DNA of 64,000 nt from a bacterium (GCA_965202625.1 CBDBBI010000010.1:672001-736000), one strand, 5' to 3'. Shown: positions 40,014 through 51,238, numbered from the stretch's first letter. The notes: generated from the letters alone by a model not told the origin. Made by a program: numbers and translations.

Positions 40014-40895
40014 CTATTTTCCTAAAACCACCCCAAACGCCCCCAAGACGGATAGAAAACCACCAGCCACGACGCGCCAGCCTACGGCTTCCTGCTTTCT
40101 GAAAAAGAGCCAGGAGAAAAAAATGATGAGTAGCACCGACAGACGGTTCAGAGGGACGAGCTGAACGATGTCCCCCATCTTGATGGACGACCAGAAAAAA
40201 AAGGCGGCCAGGGCATTCAAGCATGCGCCACCCAAAACAGCCAGCAATCCTTTGCGGTCCCAGGCCTTGGGTTTCCTCCCCTCTCCGGAGAAAGGCAAAA
40301 CGACGAGCATGAAACAAAACCCCGTCATGCTGCCAATCGTCATCCCAAGTGGCGCGGATTTTATCGTCATCAGGCCAAATTTTCCGAAAAGGTGCGTCAT
40401 GGCGAACAAAACGGCAGTACCCAAAGGCGCCACGTAGTAATGCAGAGGGATGTACCGTTGAACCTCCCCTTTCTCATAGACGAGAAGAATTGATCCCATC
40501 ATGATGGCCAGCGTACCGATAGCAATGGGCCACGTCATTTGCTCGCCCGCGAAAGCCACCGCGAACAATGACGCCCACACGAGACTGGTTTGGCTTACGA
40601 CGGAGGAACGGGCCAACCCCACCAGTTTCATACCTACAAGGCTCAGATAACGACCGATAAACGAGCCCGAAACGCCCATGGCAACGAACCAAAGGACGCC
40701 CTTGAGTGGCCAACTCTCCACACCACCTTCCAACAAGTAAAAAATAGAGCCGAAGCACATCTGCACGGAGGCCATGACAAGGTTCATCACCACCGGGCTG
40801 AGGCGCGCTACTCCCACCCGGTACAGCGTGCGCGCAGAGGCGATAAAACAAGCGGCGATGAGAACCAGGACATTGGGATGAAGTAAATCAACCAT
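40014..40895 (-). CDS. EamA/DMT family transporter
   Basis: 10-TM two-repeat pattern; paralog of the upstream gene. Confidence 0.88.
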   Translation of the reverse strand: MVDLLHPNVLVLIAACFIASARTLYRVGVARLSPVVMNLVMASVQMCFGSIFYLLEGGVESWPLKGVLWFVAMGVSGSFIGRYLSLVGMKLVGLARSSVVSQTSLVWASLFAVAFAGEQMTWPIAIGTLAIMMGSILLVYEKGEVQRYIPLHYYVAPLGTAVLFAMTHLFGKFGLMTIKSAPLGMTIGSMTGFCFMLVVLPFSGEGRKPKAWDRKGLLAVLGGACLNALAAFFFWSSIKMGDIVQLVPLNRLSVLLIIFFSWLFFRKQEAVGWRVVAGGFLSVLGAFGVVLGK

Positions 40896-40898
40896 TGT

Positions 40899-41783
40899 CT
40901 ATTTTCCCATTACGATGACAAAAGCGCCAACAAGCGCGAGACATCCGCCGACGACGACGCGCCATGTCACGTTTTCCTGGTGCCTGAAAAAGAGCCAGGA
41001 GAGAAAGATGATCAGCAAAACGGACAGACGGGTCAGTGGGATGACGCGGGTAATTTCGCCGAGTTTCACCGATGACCAAAAGAAAAAAATTGCGCACCCC
41101 TGCAACATCGCACCCAGAAGAAGAACTAACCAGCCTTTTTTGCCATCAGGCATCCCCGAGGCTCTTTGCTTTTGCGTGAAGGGCAGCATTCCCACCAGGA
41201 GGGTAAGCGAGGTTGTGTTGGCGATCGCCACCCCGAAAGCAGAGGACGGAATCCATTGGAACGCGAATTTGCCCACCAGATGAGCAAACGCGTACAGCAG
41301 CGCGGACGCGACAGGGATCGCATAATAGTGAAGTGGTATCTTGGTGTTGTTTCCTTCCGAATAATAAACGAGCATGCTTGCCCCGCACATCACCGCTGAA
41401 ATTCCAGTCGCTTTCTGAAGCGACATTTCCTCGCCCAATATAAAAACGGCCAGCAGAGACGCCCACACGAGCACGGTTTGACTCATCACCGCCGCGCGCG
41501 CCAGGCCCGTGTAGCGAATAGCGATAAAGTTGACGTATCTGCCTGAGAAACTTCCAAAAAATCCCATCGCCATAAACCACAGAACGCCCTGATAGGGAAT
41601 CTGCTCGAGCGCGCCCTCCAGCCAATAGAAAAACCAGCCCACGATGGACGTCACGCATCCCATGGCCAAATTGGCCGTGTGCATTCTCATGCGCACAATC
41701 GCATAGCGCTGTGAAACGCGCGCGAAGGCGATGAGCACGGCCGAGCAGAGCGCCAAGACGTTAGGATGTATGGAATCAAGCAA
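40899..41783 (-). CDS. EamA/DMT family transporter
   Basis: 10-TM pattern; shares HPNVL, IPLHYY, FFWSSxKxG, RLSVLLIIF with its neighbour. Confidence 0.88.
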   Translation of the reverse strand: MLDSIHPNVLALCSAVLIAFARVSQRYAIVRMRMHTANLAMGCVTSIVGWFFYWLEGALEQIPYQGVLWFMAMGFFGSFSGRYVNFIAIRYTGLARAAVMSQTVLVWASLLAVFILGEEMSLQKATGISAVMCGASMLVYYSEGNNTKIPLHYYAIPVASALLYAFAHLVGKFAFQWIPSSAFGVAIANTTSLTLLVGMLPFTQKQRASGMPDGKKGWLVLLLGAMLQGCAIFFFWSSVKLGEITRVIPLTRLSVLLIIFLSWLFFRHQENVTWRVVVGGCLALVGAFVIVMGK

Positions 41784-42253
41784 AACGGCAGCCTTTTATG
41801 AAAAAATCCACATTTTCATGTCCCGCATCCACCAAAAAACGCGCGCGAGCACGACGAAAGTAGCAGATAAACAACAGGAACGTCGTGCTGTGAAAATTTC
41901 GACAAGGAGTTTCCGAGCTGGTGGTATATGGCAGGCGATTATGCGCGGATCAGGCTTTTCCGGCCCGGAACAGGCGCTGAGGGCAGGGAGATGCAAAAAT
42001 CTTCTCCAAACCCTTTATGTGTATGATACGCAGTCATCACCCCATTACCCTGCGAAGACAGCGTTTATAGACGTGGAGGCGGAGCAAAACTTTTCTACAG
42101 GCATCGGAGGGACGCCGATGAAATCACCACCATCGTCTCTTCAGATACAAAGATTGCGAAACTGCATGAACTTCGTCGTGGGGTTGGAGGGGACACCCAA
42201 AAGCGCGCGGGCCACATCTGCTCGTATGAGGCATGGAACCTTTCAAGGACGTC

Positions 42254-42613
42254 CTACATCTCATCCAATCTCTTGTCGACCACTCGGGGGCCTTGATAGC
42301 CCGGAAAATTCTCGACATAGGGGCAATCTTCCGGCAGTCCCCCCATCTCGATGATCTCCGCCCCGATAGGCATGCACATCGGCTCTCTCTCAAACCGCTC
42401 GGTATATACGCGGCAGCGATTCATTTTCACGTCAAGATAAGAGCACGCGCTCCTCAGTAAAAGGAGCCTGTCCCCCTCCCATACCTTGTCATAACAACAC
42501 TTCCCGCACCCGGTGCAAAGCGCTTCCCAATCAGGGGTCCCGACGGAAGGCAGGTTTTCATCCATCCATTCTTGAATTTCGTCCAAGCGGCGTTCTTTCT
42601 GGGTTTTATACAT
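42254..42613 (-). CDS. YcgN-like cysteine-cluster (CxxCxxCC) protein
   Basis: WEALCTGCGKCC, ACSYLD, CRVY, LPEDCPY; start uncertain. Confidence 0.82.
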   Translation of the reverse strand: MYKTQKERRLDEIQEWMDENLPSVGTPDWEALCTGCGKCCYDKVWEGDRLLLLRSACSYLDVKMNRCRVYTERFEREPMCMPIGAEIIEMGGLPEDCPYVENFPGYQGPRVVDKRLDEM

Positions 42614-42743
42614 TGGGATGACTTGGATTCCATCCCGTTCATGGGGCTCAAGACCAGATGTCTCCTCCTTGCGTCTCTTCCGGCCACCTTTCATTTTTCT
42701 TGCGCTTGACCGACTTGCAAAACGCGCTTTTCGTCCCATAAAT

Positions 42744-43526
42744 TCAACCATCCTGAAAGTTGGCGGAACGCTTTTCAATGAAGGCCTGAAGTCCCTCCTG
42801 CGAATCCTCCGTACTGTTGACCAAACCAAATTTCTCGGTTTCAAGGGCCAGCCCCTCCTCAAGGCCGGTTTCCAGCCCGCCATGGACGGCTTGGAGAATA
42901 AACTCAATCGCAGGTCGGCTCTTAGAGGCCAGTTTTCGGGCGAGCGCCTTCGCCTCGTTCATCAAGTCATCTGGCTCACACACCCTGTTCACCAAGCCGA
43001 TTCGATAAGCCTCCGAAGCGCTTATCGAATCGCCCGTCATCAACATCTCCAAGGCGCGTCCCTCTCCCACAAGCCGAGGGAGACGTTGGGTGGCACCGTA
43101 GCCGGGAATAATTCCCAGATTGATCTCCGGCTGGCCGAACTGCGCATTCTTGGAAGCCAGACGAATCGAGCACGCCATCGCCACCTCACAGCCACCGCCA
43201 AGGGCGAACCCGTTCACCGCCGCAATCGTCGGTTTCTCAATGGTTTCCAGTGTGCACAGGATTTTTGATCCATGTGCCGACAGATGCCGCGCCTCAATAG
43301 GACTTCGACCCGCCATGCCCTTGATGTCCGCGCCGGCGATAAACGCTTTCTCTCCTGAACCCGTCAATATCAATACTTTCAGATATTTGTCATCTCGAAC
43401 CTTTGATACCACATGAGAGAGCTCATTCACCGCCTCCGCGTTCAAGGCGTTCAACGCCTTCGGGCGATGGAACGTACAGGTGGCGACTCGCCCATCTGTT
43501 TGGTATATCAAATTATTGTAATTCAA
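42744..43526 (-). CDS. crt: Enoyl-CoA hydratase (crotonase)
   Basis: RPKALNAL, AFIAGADI, GFALGGGCE, GQPEINLGIIPG. Confidence 0.9.
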   Translation of the reverse strand: MNYNNLIYQTDGRVATCTFHRPKALNALNAEAVNELSHVVSKVRDDKYLKVLILTGSGEKAFIAGADIKGMAGRSPIEARHLSAHGSKILCTLETIEKPTIAAVNGFALGGGCEVAMACSIRLASKNAQFGQPEINLGIIPGYGATQRLPRLVGEGRALEMLMTGDSISASEAYRIGLVNRVCEPDDLMNEAKALARKLASKSRPAIEFILQAVHGGLETGLEEGLALETEKFGLVNSTEDSQEGLQAFIEKRSANFQDG

Positions 43527-43648
43527 CGTCTTATCACCCTATGGAAAAACCATTCTTTTATAGCGAATTTTTTCGATTTTACAGGTTGTCCATCTGCCGC
43601 CAGAGGTGCCCGGGAACTCATCGCGCGCCACGCGCGCTCCGGACGACG

Positions 43649-44839
43649 TTAATCCTCATACGCCTCCACAATTACCGAAAGCCCCATGCCGCCGCCGATG
43701 CACGCTCCCGCCAAGCCATACTTGCCGCCCCGGCGCCTCAGCTCGTGCAGTATCGTGAGGGTGAGACGCGCCCCGCTCGCGCCCACTGGGTGGCCGATGG
43801 CAATTGCACCGCCGTTCACATTCGTCTTTTCACGGTCCAAGCCCAGTTCCTTCTCTACCGCCAGATACTGGGCGGAGAACGCCTCGTTTATCTCGATGAG
43901 GTCCATGTCATCCAGCTGCAGCCCCGCCTTTTCGAGTGCGATGCGGCTGCTCTGCGCCGGCCCGATGCCCATGATCTTCGGATCACACCCCCACACCCCC
44001 CAGGAGACCAGTTGCCCGATGGGCTTGCGGCCCAGACGCTCGGCCGCTGCACGTGAGGAGATCACGAGAGCCGCCGCCCCATCGTTGATGCCGCTGGCGT
44101 TGCCCGCCGTCACCACGCCGTCCTCCTTAAAAACCGGCTTGAGCCTGGCGAGCGCCTCCACATCGGAATTCGGACGGGGATGTTCGTCGCGTTCGAAGAG
44201 AATCGTCTTTTTCCGCTCCCTCACTTCGACGGGAAAACACTCTTCAGCCAATCTTCCGCTCTCCCATGCGTCGTGCGCCCGCGCCTGGCTCAAGGCCGCG
44301 AACTCATCCACCCCCTCTCGATGCAGGTCATATTTCTCCGCCAGATTCTCCGCCGTGATTCCCATCGGCACGTTGGCCTGCGTATCGGTGAGCGCCGCGT
44401 AGAGGGCGTCTTCCATCGGCGCCTGAAACAGCTTGATGCCGGTGCGCGAGTTTCTGATCACGTGCGGCGTCAGGCTCATGTTCTCCGCCCCGACAGTGAG
44501 CACCACCTGAGCGTCTTCGGTCATGATTTCCTTCGCTCCGCTCACGATCGCCTGAAAACCGGAGGCGCACATGCGGTTCACGCAGTAGCCGGGCCTGTCT
44601 TGGGGAACGCCCGCGGCTAGGGCGACGTGCCGACCAATGTACACGCCATCAGAATTCGACTGGATGACGTTGCCCACCACGGTGTGGTCAACATCCTCCG
44701 GCGCGATACCTGAGCGCTTCATCGCCTCCTTCGCCGCTAGGGCGCCCAACTGCGTGGCCGACAAATCTTTCAAGGCACCCAGAAACGCTCCGAAAGGCGT
44801 TCTCGCCCCACCCAGAAAAACAATGTCCTTATCCGACAT
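43649..44839 (-). CDS. Acetyl-CoA C-acyltransferase (thiolase)
   Basis: RTPFG, NRMCASG, TAGNASGINDGA, NEAF, GHPVGASG, CIGGG. Confidence 0.95.
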   Translation of the reverse strand: MSDKDIVFLGGARTPFGAFLGALKDLSATQLGALAAKEAMKRSGIAPEDVDHTVVGNVIQSNSDGVYIGRHVALAAGVPQDRPGYCVNRMCASGFQAIVSGAKEIMTEDAQVVLTVGAENMSLTPHVIRNSRTGIKLFQAPMEDALYAALTDTQANVPMGITAENLAEKYDLHREGVDEFAALSQARAHDAWESGRLAEECFPVEVRERKKTILFERDEHPRPNSDVEALARLKPVFKEDGVVTAGNASGINDGAAALVISSRAAAERLGRKPIGQLVSWGVWGCDPKIMGIGPAQSSRIALEKAGLQLDDMDLIEINEAFSAQYLAVEKELGLDREKTNVNGGAIAIGHPVGASGARLTLTILHELRRRGGKYGLAGACIGGGMGLSVIVEAYED

Positions 44840-45062
44840 TTCCCCAATTCCTCCCGCCTCGGCCAAAAGGAAACTTACGTTTCACCCGCTCTCCCCACGC
44901 CTTCCAACATAACGCCAAGAGAAAGCCAAGCGCAAGAGGTCTCATCTTGCGAGAACCCGAGACGGGAGCCTTTCTCAAGCGCACATGCGCGCCGGCGATT
45001 GACGAACAGATACGCTCCACCCAAAAAGAAGCAAGAAAACTCCGCTTTTCACATAAAATCTT

Positions 45063-45530
45063 TTATTTTGATTCAGGTTTTGGAATTCTATGCGAAGCGC
45101 CTCGAATGGCTTGCAAAAGGTCACGGGCACATTCGACTTCATACTGATCAAATGCGGAGATATTCGTATATTTCATATGCAACTGTCCTTCTCCAACATT
45201 ACCGCGATGCTGTTTATCGGTAAAAAATCAATTTTTCCTTACTTTTAGAAGAAAGAACCCAATACCTGATTTTGTAGCACCAAACGGCTACCCAAACGAA
45301 AACATCGCAACAACTCAGCTTCACCTGCTGGAAATGCATAAGAAAAGGCTTTCGCATACGGCTGGAAAGCACTCTTTCCACTAACGAACCTTCCGTCGAG
45401 GAATCGACAGTCCTTGACGCTTTCACTTCAACCTTAAACTTCCCATCAAGGTAAAAGTCATATTCTCCTGCGTAAGACGGGGTGTCTTTCCTGGATGGTT
45501 TCTTGAGTTCAGGCACCAGTTCCTTTGTTT
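45063..45530 (-). pseudogene. Type II restriction endonuclease remnant
   Basis: GEYDFYL...KVEVKASR (PD-D/ExK-like), FQQVK..CCDVFVW, frameshift to KQHRGNVGEGQLH, TAA at 45063; AT-rich; N-terminus deleted. Confidence 0.65.
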
Positions 45531-46232
45531 CGCCGACGCAATGAGAGTGGAGCCTGAGTGCAAAAAAATCCGCAACAACATCGTTTTTCGCGGAACTGGC
45601 GAGAATGAGTCTCTCAATACATTTCAAAGGCTTCTGTTCGTAACAACCACCCACATTTTCTTTCATACGATAAAAAACTTGCTGAACATCTACCCAAACG
45701 TTGCCAGAACGAATGTTCTCGGACTTACTTCGCTCCAAATTTTCGGTTTTTTCCCCGTTTACCTCTTTGTAGTATCCACGAAGAATTTTGGGAATGTCCG
45801 TATATTGAACATTGAATTTCGGTTTTCGCTTTACATACATAATAAAGGGACTCCTGTATTACCGCCATCCAGTTATACTGGGTCCCGTAGCCTTGTTGAT
45901 CCCGCATCGTGATGAAAGAGCGGCTCTTCAAGGAATCAAAATCACGCATCATGATCATAAATTCTGGAATTTTCCGTAAGCGTCTTTTCCGTCACGGCTA
46001 CCCACCGCCTGCACCAATCAATAAATTCCTCAGTTGATCGCTTCTCAAACGCAACGAGACTATTAGGGTGGGGCCTGAATCGACAAGTTGGCTTTCTCAC
46101 GCACCATGAGAAGATAAATTTCCTCTGGAGAGGCCGCGTCAAGGCATCCGATGCGAGACGGCAAAGCGGAAACAGTTCCCCCCGGACTCTTGAATTTTTG
46201 TCCAACCGCCCTATGATCTGATTTTTCGTCAT
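45531..46232 (-). pseudogene. Beta-class N4/N6 DNA methyltransferase remnant
   Basis: IQAPP* at 46063-46080 where DPPY is expected; NVW, QKPLKCIERLILASS...VADFF and frameshifted HSGST. Confidence 0.8.
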
Positions 46233-46296
46233 TTCCCTGCCTCGACAAATCTCCGGACTGAGAAAAACGCCATGTTCACTATTTTGATTATCTTCC

Positions 46297-47355
46297 TCAC
46301 GTCCACGAGAGCGGGGTATCCACGTCTCCCTTGAACCTTCGCGCGGCGTCTCTGGCGAAGTAGGTGAGAATAACATCCGCTCCCGCGCGCTTGATGGAGG
46401 TCAGCATTTCCATGAACGCACGCTCGGGGTCGAGCCATCCGTTGCGGCTCGCCGCCGCCAGCATAGCGAACTCCCCCGATACGTTGTAGGCGGCGACGGG
46501 CAGGTCCGACAGAGCCCGCGCCTTGGCGATGACGTCGAGATAAAGGAGCGCGGGCTTCACCATAACGATGTCCGCCCCCTCCTCGACGTCAAAACGCATC
46601 TCGCGCATAGCCTCGCGCGCGTTGGCCGGGTCCATCTGATAGGAGGCCCTGTCGCCAAAGGCGGGCGCACTCTGCGCCGCCTCCCTGAAAGGGCCGTAAT
46701 AGGCACTCGAGAATTTCGCCGAATAGGCCATGATGGGGATATGGGTGAACCCTTCCGCGTCGAGAACCGAGCGAATCGAGCCCACGTGCCCGTCCATCAT
46801 GTCTGATGGGGCGATGGCGTCGGCACCCGCCTTCGCGTGGCTCACCGCGGTTTTATTGAGGAGGGCTAGGGTCGGGTCGTTCAATATCCTCTCGCCCCTG
46901 ACGAAGCCGCAATGGCCGTGGTCCGTATATTCGCAAAGACAGACGTCCGTGATGACGCACAGCCCAGGGTGCGCTTCCTTGAGGGTGCGCACGGCGTTCT
47001 GGACAACCGCGTCCTCAGCGTAGGCGTGGCTGGCGAACGCATCCTTGTGTTCAGGAATCCCGAACAGGATGACGCCCGGTATGCCAAGGGCGACGATTTC
47101 CGCGCAGTCCGCCACCAGTTGATCGACGGAGAGTTGGTATTGTCCGGGCATTGAGGAGATCTCCCGCCGCACGTTCTCTCCCTCGACCACGAACATCGGG
47201 TAGATGAGATCGTCCACCGAGAGGCGCGCCTCCCGCACCATGCGCCTCATGGCGGGCGTCTCGCGCGTGCGTCGCGCCCGATTTTTCACGTTGCTCACAG
47301 AAAGGGGGGGGGCGGGAACCTCCCCGGGGAGGGAAACGTCAACGTCTCGGGTCAA
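46297..47355 (-). CDS. hemB: Porphobilinogen synthase
   Basis: [44 protein letters not shown]. Confidence 0.97.
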   Translation of the reverse strand: MTRDVDVSLPGEVPAPPLSVSNVKNRARRTRETPAMRRMVREARLSVDDLIYPMFVVEGENVRREISSMPGQYQLSVDQLVADCAEIVALGIPGVILFGIPEHKDAFASHAYAEDAVVQNAVRTLKEAHPGLCVITDVCLCEYTDHGHCGFVRGERILNDPTLALLNKTAVSHAKAGADAIAPSDMMDGHVGSIRSVLDAEGFTHIPIMAYSAKFSSAYYGPFREAAQSAPAFGDRASYQMDPANAREAMREMRFDVEEGADIVMVKPALLYLDVIAKARALSDLPVAAYNVSGEFAMLAAASRNGWLDPERAFMEMLTSIKRAGADVILTYFARDAARRFKGDVDTPLSWT

Positions 47356-48227
47356 TTTTGATGTCCTTCTCTTTGAAGTGACGATGGGCGGAGAACCTCC
47401 TGTTCCGCTCCCGATTTCCGGTAAAAAGAGACGATGGCCCGCGCCATGCCCGAAATCGTCGATTCAGCAGCCTCGAGGTCCGGCTCAATTCCCCATTCGC
47501 GCGCCGTGCGGGTGGTCGCCGGGCCAATAGAGGCCACCTTTGTGTGCTCTATCCACATTTTCGCCCTCCCCTCGCCCGCCGCCCGCACAAAACCCGTAAG
47601 CGCAGAGGAGCTAGTGAAGGTCAGCATATCCATTTTTCCGACCTCCAGCTCTCCCCACACCTCTCGCAGCGCCTCGCGCCCCAGAGGCGTCGTCTGGTAG
47701 GCCGCCACGTCATCCACGACAGCCCCCAGTTCAAGCAGCATCCGGGGGATGGCGTCCCGCCCTTCCTTCGCCCTGGGCAGCAAAACGCGCGCGCGCGCCA
47801 CTTTCTCAGCCGCAAGCAGTGCAACGACGCCCTCAGCCGCATACTCTTTGGCTACCCTGTCGGGCGTTCTTCCCAAATACTTCTTCACAGAGGACGCCGT
47901 GGCCGGTCCGATGGCCAAAAGCGACGCCTTCTCCGGAATAACTTCAGGGCCAATCCCCAGCTTCTCGAGCCTTAGCGAGAGATATCTTGGTCCGTTCGCG
48001 CTTGTGAAAATTATCCACGCATAGCCCTCAAGCGCGTGGATGGTCGCGTCTAGCGGCCCCCAGTCATCCGGCTCTCCAATTTGGATGATCGGTGCGGCGC
48101 GGACGCACGCTCCCAGGTCAGCAAGCATCTCACCCATGCGCGAAGCACCCTCTTTGGGGCGCGTGATGAGAATTCGCCTGCCCAAAAGCGGACGCGCGGC
48201 TAAATCCTCGCCTTTTCCATCATTCAT
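47352..48227 (-). CDS. hemD: Uroporphyrinogen-III synthase
   Basis: [34 protein letters not shown]; ATGA overlap with hemC. Confidence 0.93.
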   Translation of the reverse strand: MNDGKGEDLAARPLLGRRILITRPKEGASRMGEMLADLGACVRAAPIIQIGEPDDWGPLDATIHALEGYAWIIFTSANGPRYLSLRLEKLGIGPEVIPEKASLLAIGPATASSVKKYLGRTPDRVAKEYAAEGVVALLAAEKVARARVLLPRAKEGRDAIPRMLLELGAVVDDVAAYQTTPLGREALREVWGELEVGKMDMLTFTSSSALTGFVRAAGEGRAKMWIEHTKVASIGPATTRTAREWGIEPDLEAAESTISGMARAIVSFYRKSGAEQEVLRPSSLQREGHQN

Positions 48228-49144
48228 CGCACGTCTCTCAATATCTCCGCCCCACCGTGATACAAAATCTCCTCGGCCAGCTCTTCTCCCAGCCGCATGG
48301 CGCCGGCGGGTGCTCCCACTCTTTCCTTCTCCACCATCCGTTTCCCATCGAGACTCACGAGACGGGCGCGGACGCACAACGCGCCCTTGCGCATTTCCGC
48401 CAGAACAGCCAGGGGCAGCTGGCACCCGCCCTCCAGACGCGCCATAACTACGCGCTCCACCAAAACGGCGTGTTTCGTCGCGGAATGTTCCAGCCCCCGA
48501 AGGAGGCGGCGAGCGCTCTCGTCCGCTTCTCTTATTTGGACCGCAAGCGCGCCTTGGCCCACGGCGGGGAGCATGAGTTCAGGTGCGAGGACTTCCGTCG
48601 CCCGCTCTCCCCATCCCAGACGATTCAAGCCGGCGAGGGCCAGAATGGCGCAATCTACCTCTCCCGACGCCACTTTGGCGAGGCGCGTATCCACGTTTCC
48701 GCGCACCTCCACAATTTCAAGATCGCTCCGAAACCGCCTGAGCTGCGCGATTCTCCGCAAGCTGCCCGTGCCAACCATGCTGCCCGGCGCCAAGCTCCGA
48801 ATGGACGCCCCGCCTCTCGACACCAAGGCGTCCCAGGGCTCCTCCCTGCGGGGTATCGCGCCCAGAATGAGCCCCTCGGGCAATTCGCTCGGTAGATCCT
48901 TCAAACTATGGACGGCGGCGTCAATTTCGCCGCGCAGTAGAGCGTCCTCGATTTCTTTGACGAAAAGACCTTGCCCGCCCAGCTCGCGAATCGGGCGGGT
49001 GGACATCTCGTCTCCCCTTGTGCGGACGACGATTTCCTCTACATTGAGGTCCGAATGCAGGTTTCGCAGCTGGGCGGCTACCTGTGCTGTCTGCGCGCGC
49101 GCCAGCGCGCTGCCTCGCGTCCCGATACGCAACGAGTCACCCAT
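48224..49144 (-). CDS. hemC: Hydroxymethylbilane synthase
   Basis: IGTRGSALA, GLFVKE, VHSLKD, RGNVDTRL, PAVGQG, LEGGC. Confidence 0.97.
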   Translation of the reverse strand: MGDSLRIGTRGSALARAQTAQVAAQLRNLHSDLNVEEIVVRTRGDEMSTRPIRELGGQGLFVKEIEDALLRGEIDAAVHSLKDLPSELPEGLILGAIPRREEPWDALVSRGGASIRSLAPGSMVGTGSLRRIAQLRRFRSDLEIVEVRGNVDTRLAKVASGEVDCAILALAGLNRLGWGERATEVLAPELMLPAVGQGALAVQIREADESARRLLRGLEHSATKHAVLVERVVMARLEGGCQLPLAVLAEMRKGALCVRARLVSLDGKRMVEKERVGAPAGAMRLGEELAEEILYHGGAEILRDVR

Positions 49145-49147
49145 GCC

Positions 49148-50458
49148 CTAAGCCGATTCATCCGCCGGCGCGTCGGACGAACGCTCCTGGCTCTCGGTCT
49201 CCACACCAAAGAGTTTGCGCACCGATTCCAGCTGAATGCCCTCCGTCTCCTCCTCGCTCATTCGGCGGAGGGCGGCGAAGGGATGATGGAGGAGCTTGCT
49301 GACGAGCGCCTTCGTCATGGCGTCCAGCGCCCCGCGACCGCTCTCGCCGAGTTCGGGCAAGCGCCGAATGGTTCTCTCCATCTCACTTTGGCGCATCGAC
49401 TCGGCGAGGGAGCGTATGGCCGCGAAGGTGTCTCGAAGCTCCTCCGCTCGCTTGCGCGCGAGGTGGGTGCGCAACTCGCTTTCGAGTATGGCGCGCGCGC
49501 CGCGCGCCACCTCCTCTCGACCTCTCAGGTTATCCGCCACGACGGACTGCAAATCGTCCACATCGTAGAGATAGGCGTCCTCCAGGTCGTTCACGTCGGG
49601 CGCGACGTTTCTCGGCACGGAAATGTCGATGAGAAAAACGGGGGCGCCGCGGCGACGCTCCAAGGCGGCGGCCACGGTCGCTTTGTCAAGAATGAACTCC
49701 GGAGCAGACGTTGAGGCGATGACGACGTCGGCGTCGATGAGCGCCTCTCGCAGATCCTCGAAACCCATCGCGTGGCCCTTGAGTCTTGAGGCCAGCGTCT
49801 GTGCGCGTGCGCGCGTCCTGTTCGCCACATGGAGGGCGCCAATCCCACTCGCCTTCAGATGTCTCGCCGCCGCCTCGCCCATCTCACCCGCGCCCAGCAG
49901 GAGCACTTTCTTGTCTGTGAGAGAGCCGAAAATCCTTTTGGCCAGGTCCACAGCGACGGAGCTTACCGACACCGGCGTTTCGCCTATCGGGGTTTGTTCG
50001 CGAATCTTCTTCGCCACCCGAAACGCGCGGGAGAAGAGATCGGCAAGTGCCTTTCCGGCATGGCCGGAAGCGTGGGCAACCCGGTAGGCCGCCTTGACCT
50101 GGCCCAGAATCTGCGGCTCGCCCACCACCATGGAGTCGAGGCTCGAAGCCACGGCGAACAGATGGCGCGTGGCCTCCACCTCTCCGTGAACGTAGAGGTG
50201 CGCGCGCAGCTCCTCGGGGGCGACGTCCCGCGATTCGAGGAGAAAGCGATGAATTGCGTCGATGCCCTGATCGAAATCCTCCGCTGCGCTATAGACTTCC
50301 ACCCGATTACACGTGGACAGGATGAGGCGCTCCTCCAATCCGCGATAGCCAGCCAGATGATCGAGCCACTCGCCCATGCGCCCCTCCGGAAAATAGAGGC
50401 GTTCGCGAACGCTGAGCGGCGTGTTGCGATGGCTCACGCCGGCGAGAATGATGTGCAT
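49148..50458 (-). CDS. hemA: Glutamyl-tRNA reductase
   Basis: LSTCNRVE, SLDSMVVGEPQILGQVK, GAGEMG, DISVPRN. Confidence 0.97.
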   Translation of the reverse strand: MHIILAGVSHRNTPLSVRERLYFPEGRMGEWLDHLAGYRGLEERLILSTCNRVEVYSAAEDFDQGIDAIHRFLLESRDVAPEELRAHLYVHGEVEATRHLFAVASSLDSMVVGEPQILGQVKAAYRVAHASGHAGKALADLFSRAFRVAKKIREQTPIGETPVSVSSVAVDLAKRIFGSLTDKKVLLLGAGEMGEAAARHLKASGIGALHVANRTRARAQTLASRLKGHAMGFEDLREALIDADVVIASTSAPEFILDKATVAAALERRRGAPVFLIDISVPRNVAPDVNDLEDAYLYDVDDLQSVVADNLRGREEVARGARAILESELRTHLARKRAEELRDTFAAIRSLAESMRQSEMERTIRRLPELGESGRGALDAMTKALVSKLLHHPFAALRRMSEEETEGIQLESVRKLFGVETESQERSSDAPADESA

Positions 50459-50470
50459 CTGCGCCGCTCC

Positions 50471-51238
50471 CTAGAAATGCGCGACCAGCGCGAGAAGCGC
50501 GGCGGCGAAGGTCAGCATCGAGAAAACGGCGGAGCGCTTTCCCTTCCAACTCCTCGTGAGCCGGCAAACGAGCAGGAGGCCATACGCGCCCCAAATCAGG
50601 AGCAGAGGCCAGGTGCGCACCGGATCGAGGCTCCAGTAGGCGCCGTGGCGCGACTTGGCCCACATCGATCCGAGCAACAGACTCGCCGTCAGGAACGCGA
50701 AGCCGAAATAGAGTATCTTGTGGTTGAGGTCGTCCAAGACGTCGAGCGAGGGCAGGCGATGCAGCCAGGCGCTCGGTCTTCTGGATTTGAGCTGCTGCGA
50801 TTGGACGAGATACATCAGCGCTGAGGCGGAGAGGAGAAAAAACGCGGCGGAACTCAAAAGCGCCAACACCGCGTGGCCCTTGAGCATATAGCCCTGCACG
50901 ACCAGAGAACCCGCTCCCCACGCGCCGGGAAAGGCGGATGCGTATCCCTCAAGGACGAACGCCGCTGGCACGGCGAAGCCGCCGAGGGCGATGTCGCGGT
51001 AACGCGCATAAACGATGAGATACATCAGCACAATCACCCACGCCATGCCGCTCAGCCACGGCCCCCAACCCTGGGGCGCGGCAGTGGAGAAACCCATCCC
51101 CAGCATCAAGGTGTGAAGGGAAAAACCCAGAAGCAGCGCTCCCATGCCGTAGATGATGCCGGACAACCTGCCCGTGAAGAGCAGATACAAGTGCGTGAGA
51201 GCGGCGATGAGATAGCAGGCGATCAAAATGGCGACCAC
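50471..51238 (-). CDS. Cytochrome c assembly CcsA/HemX-like membrane protein
   Basis: TM helices, conserved His, RLPSLDVLD, YWSLDP; heads the hem operon; GTG 51238. Confidence 0.85.
   Translation of the reverse strand: MVAILIACYLIAALTHLYLLFTGRLSGIIYGMGALLLGFSLHTLMLGMGFSTAAPQGWGPWLSGMAWVIVLMYLIVYARYRDIALGGFAVPAAFVLEGYASAFPGAWGAGSLVVQGYMLKGHAVLALLSSAAFFLLSASALMYLVQSQQLKSRRPSAWLHRLPSLDVLDDLNHKILYFGFAFLTASLLLGSMWAKSRHGAYWSLDPVRTWPLLLIWGAYGLLLVCRLTRSWKGKRSAVFSMLTFAAALLALVAHF

Noticed and set aside
45214-45840. 208-aa ORF as a novel MTase-nuclease fusion
   Set aside because: Lacks DPPY and an intact SAM motif; product of deletion and frameshifts
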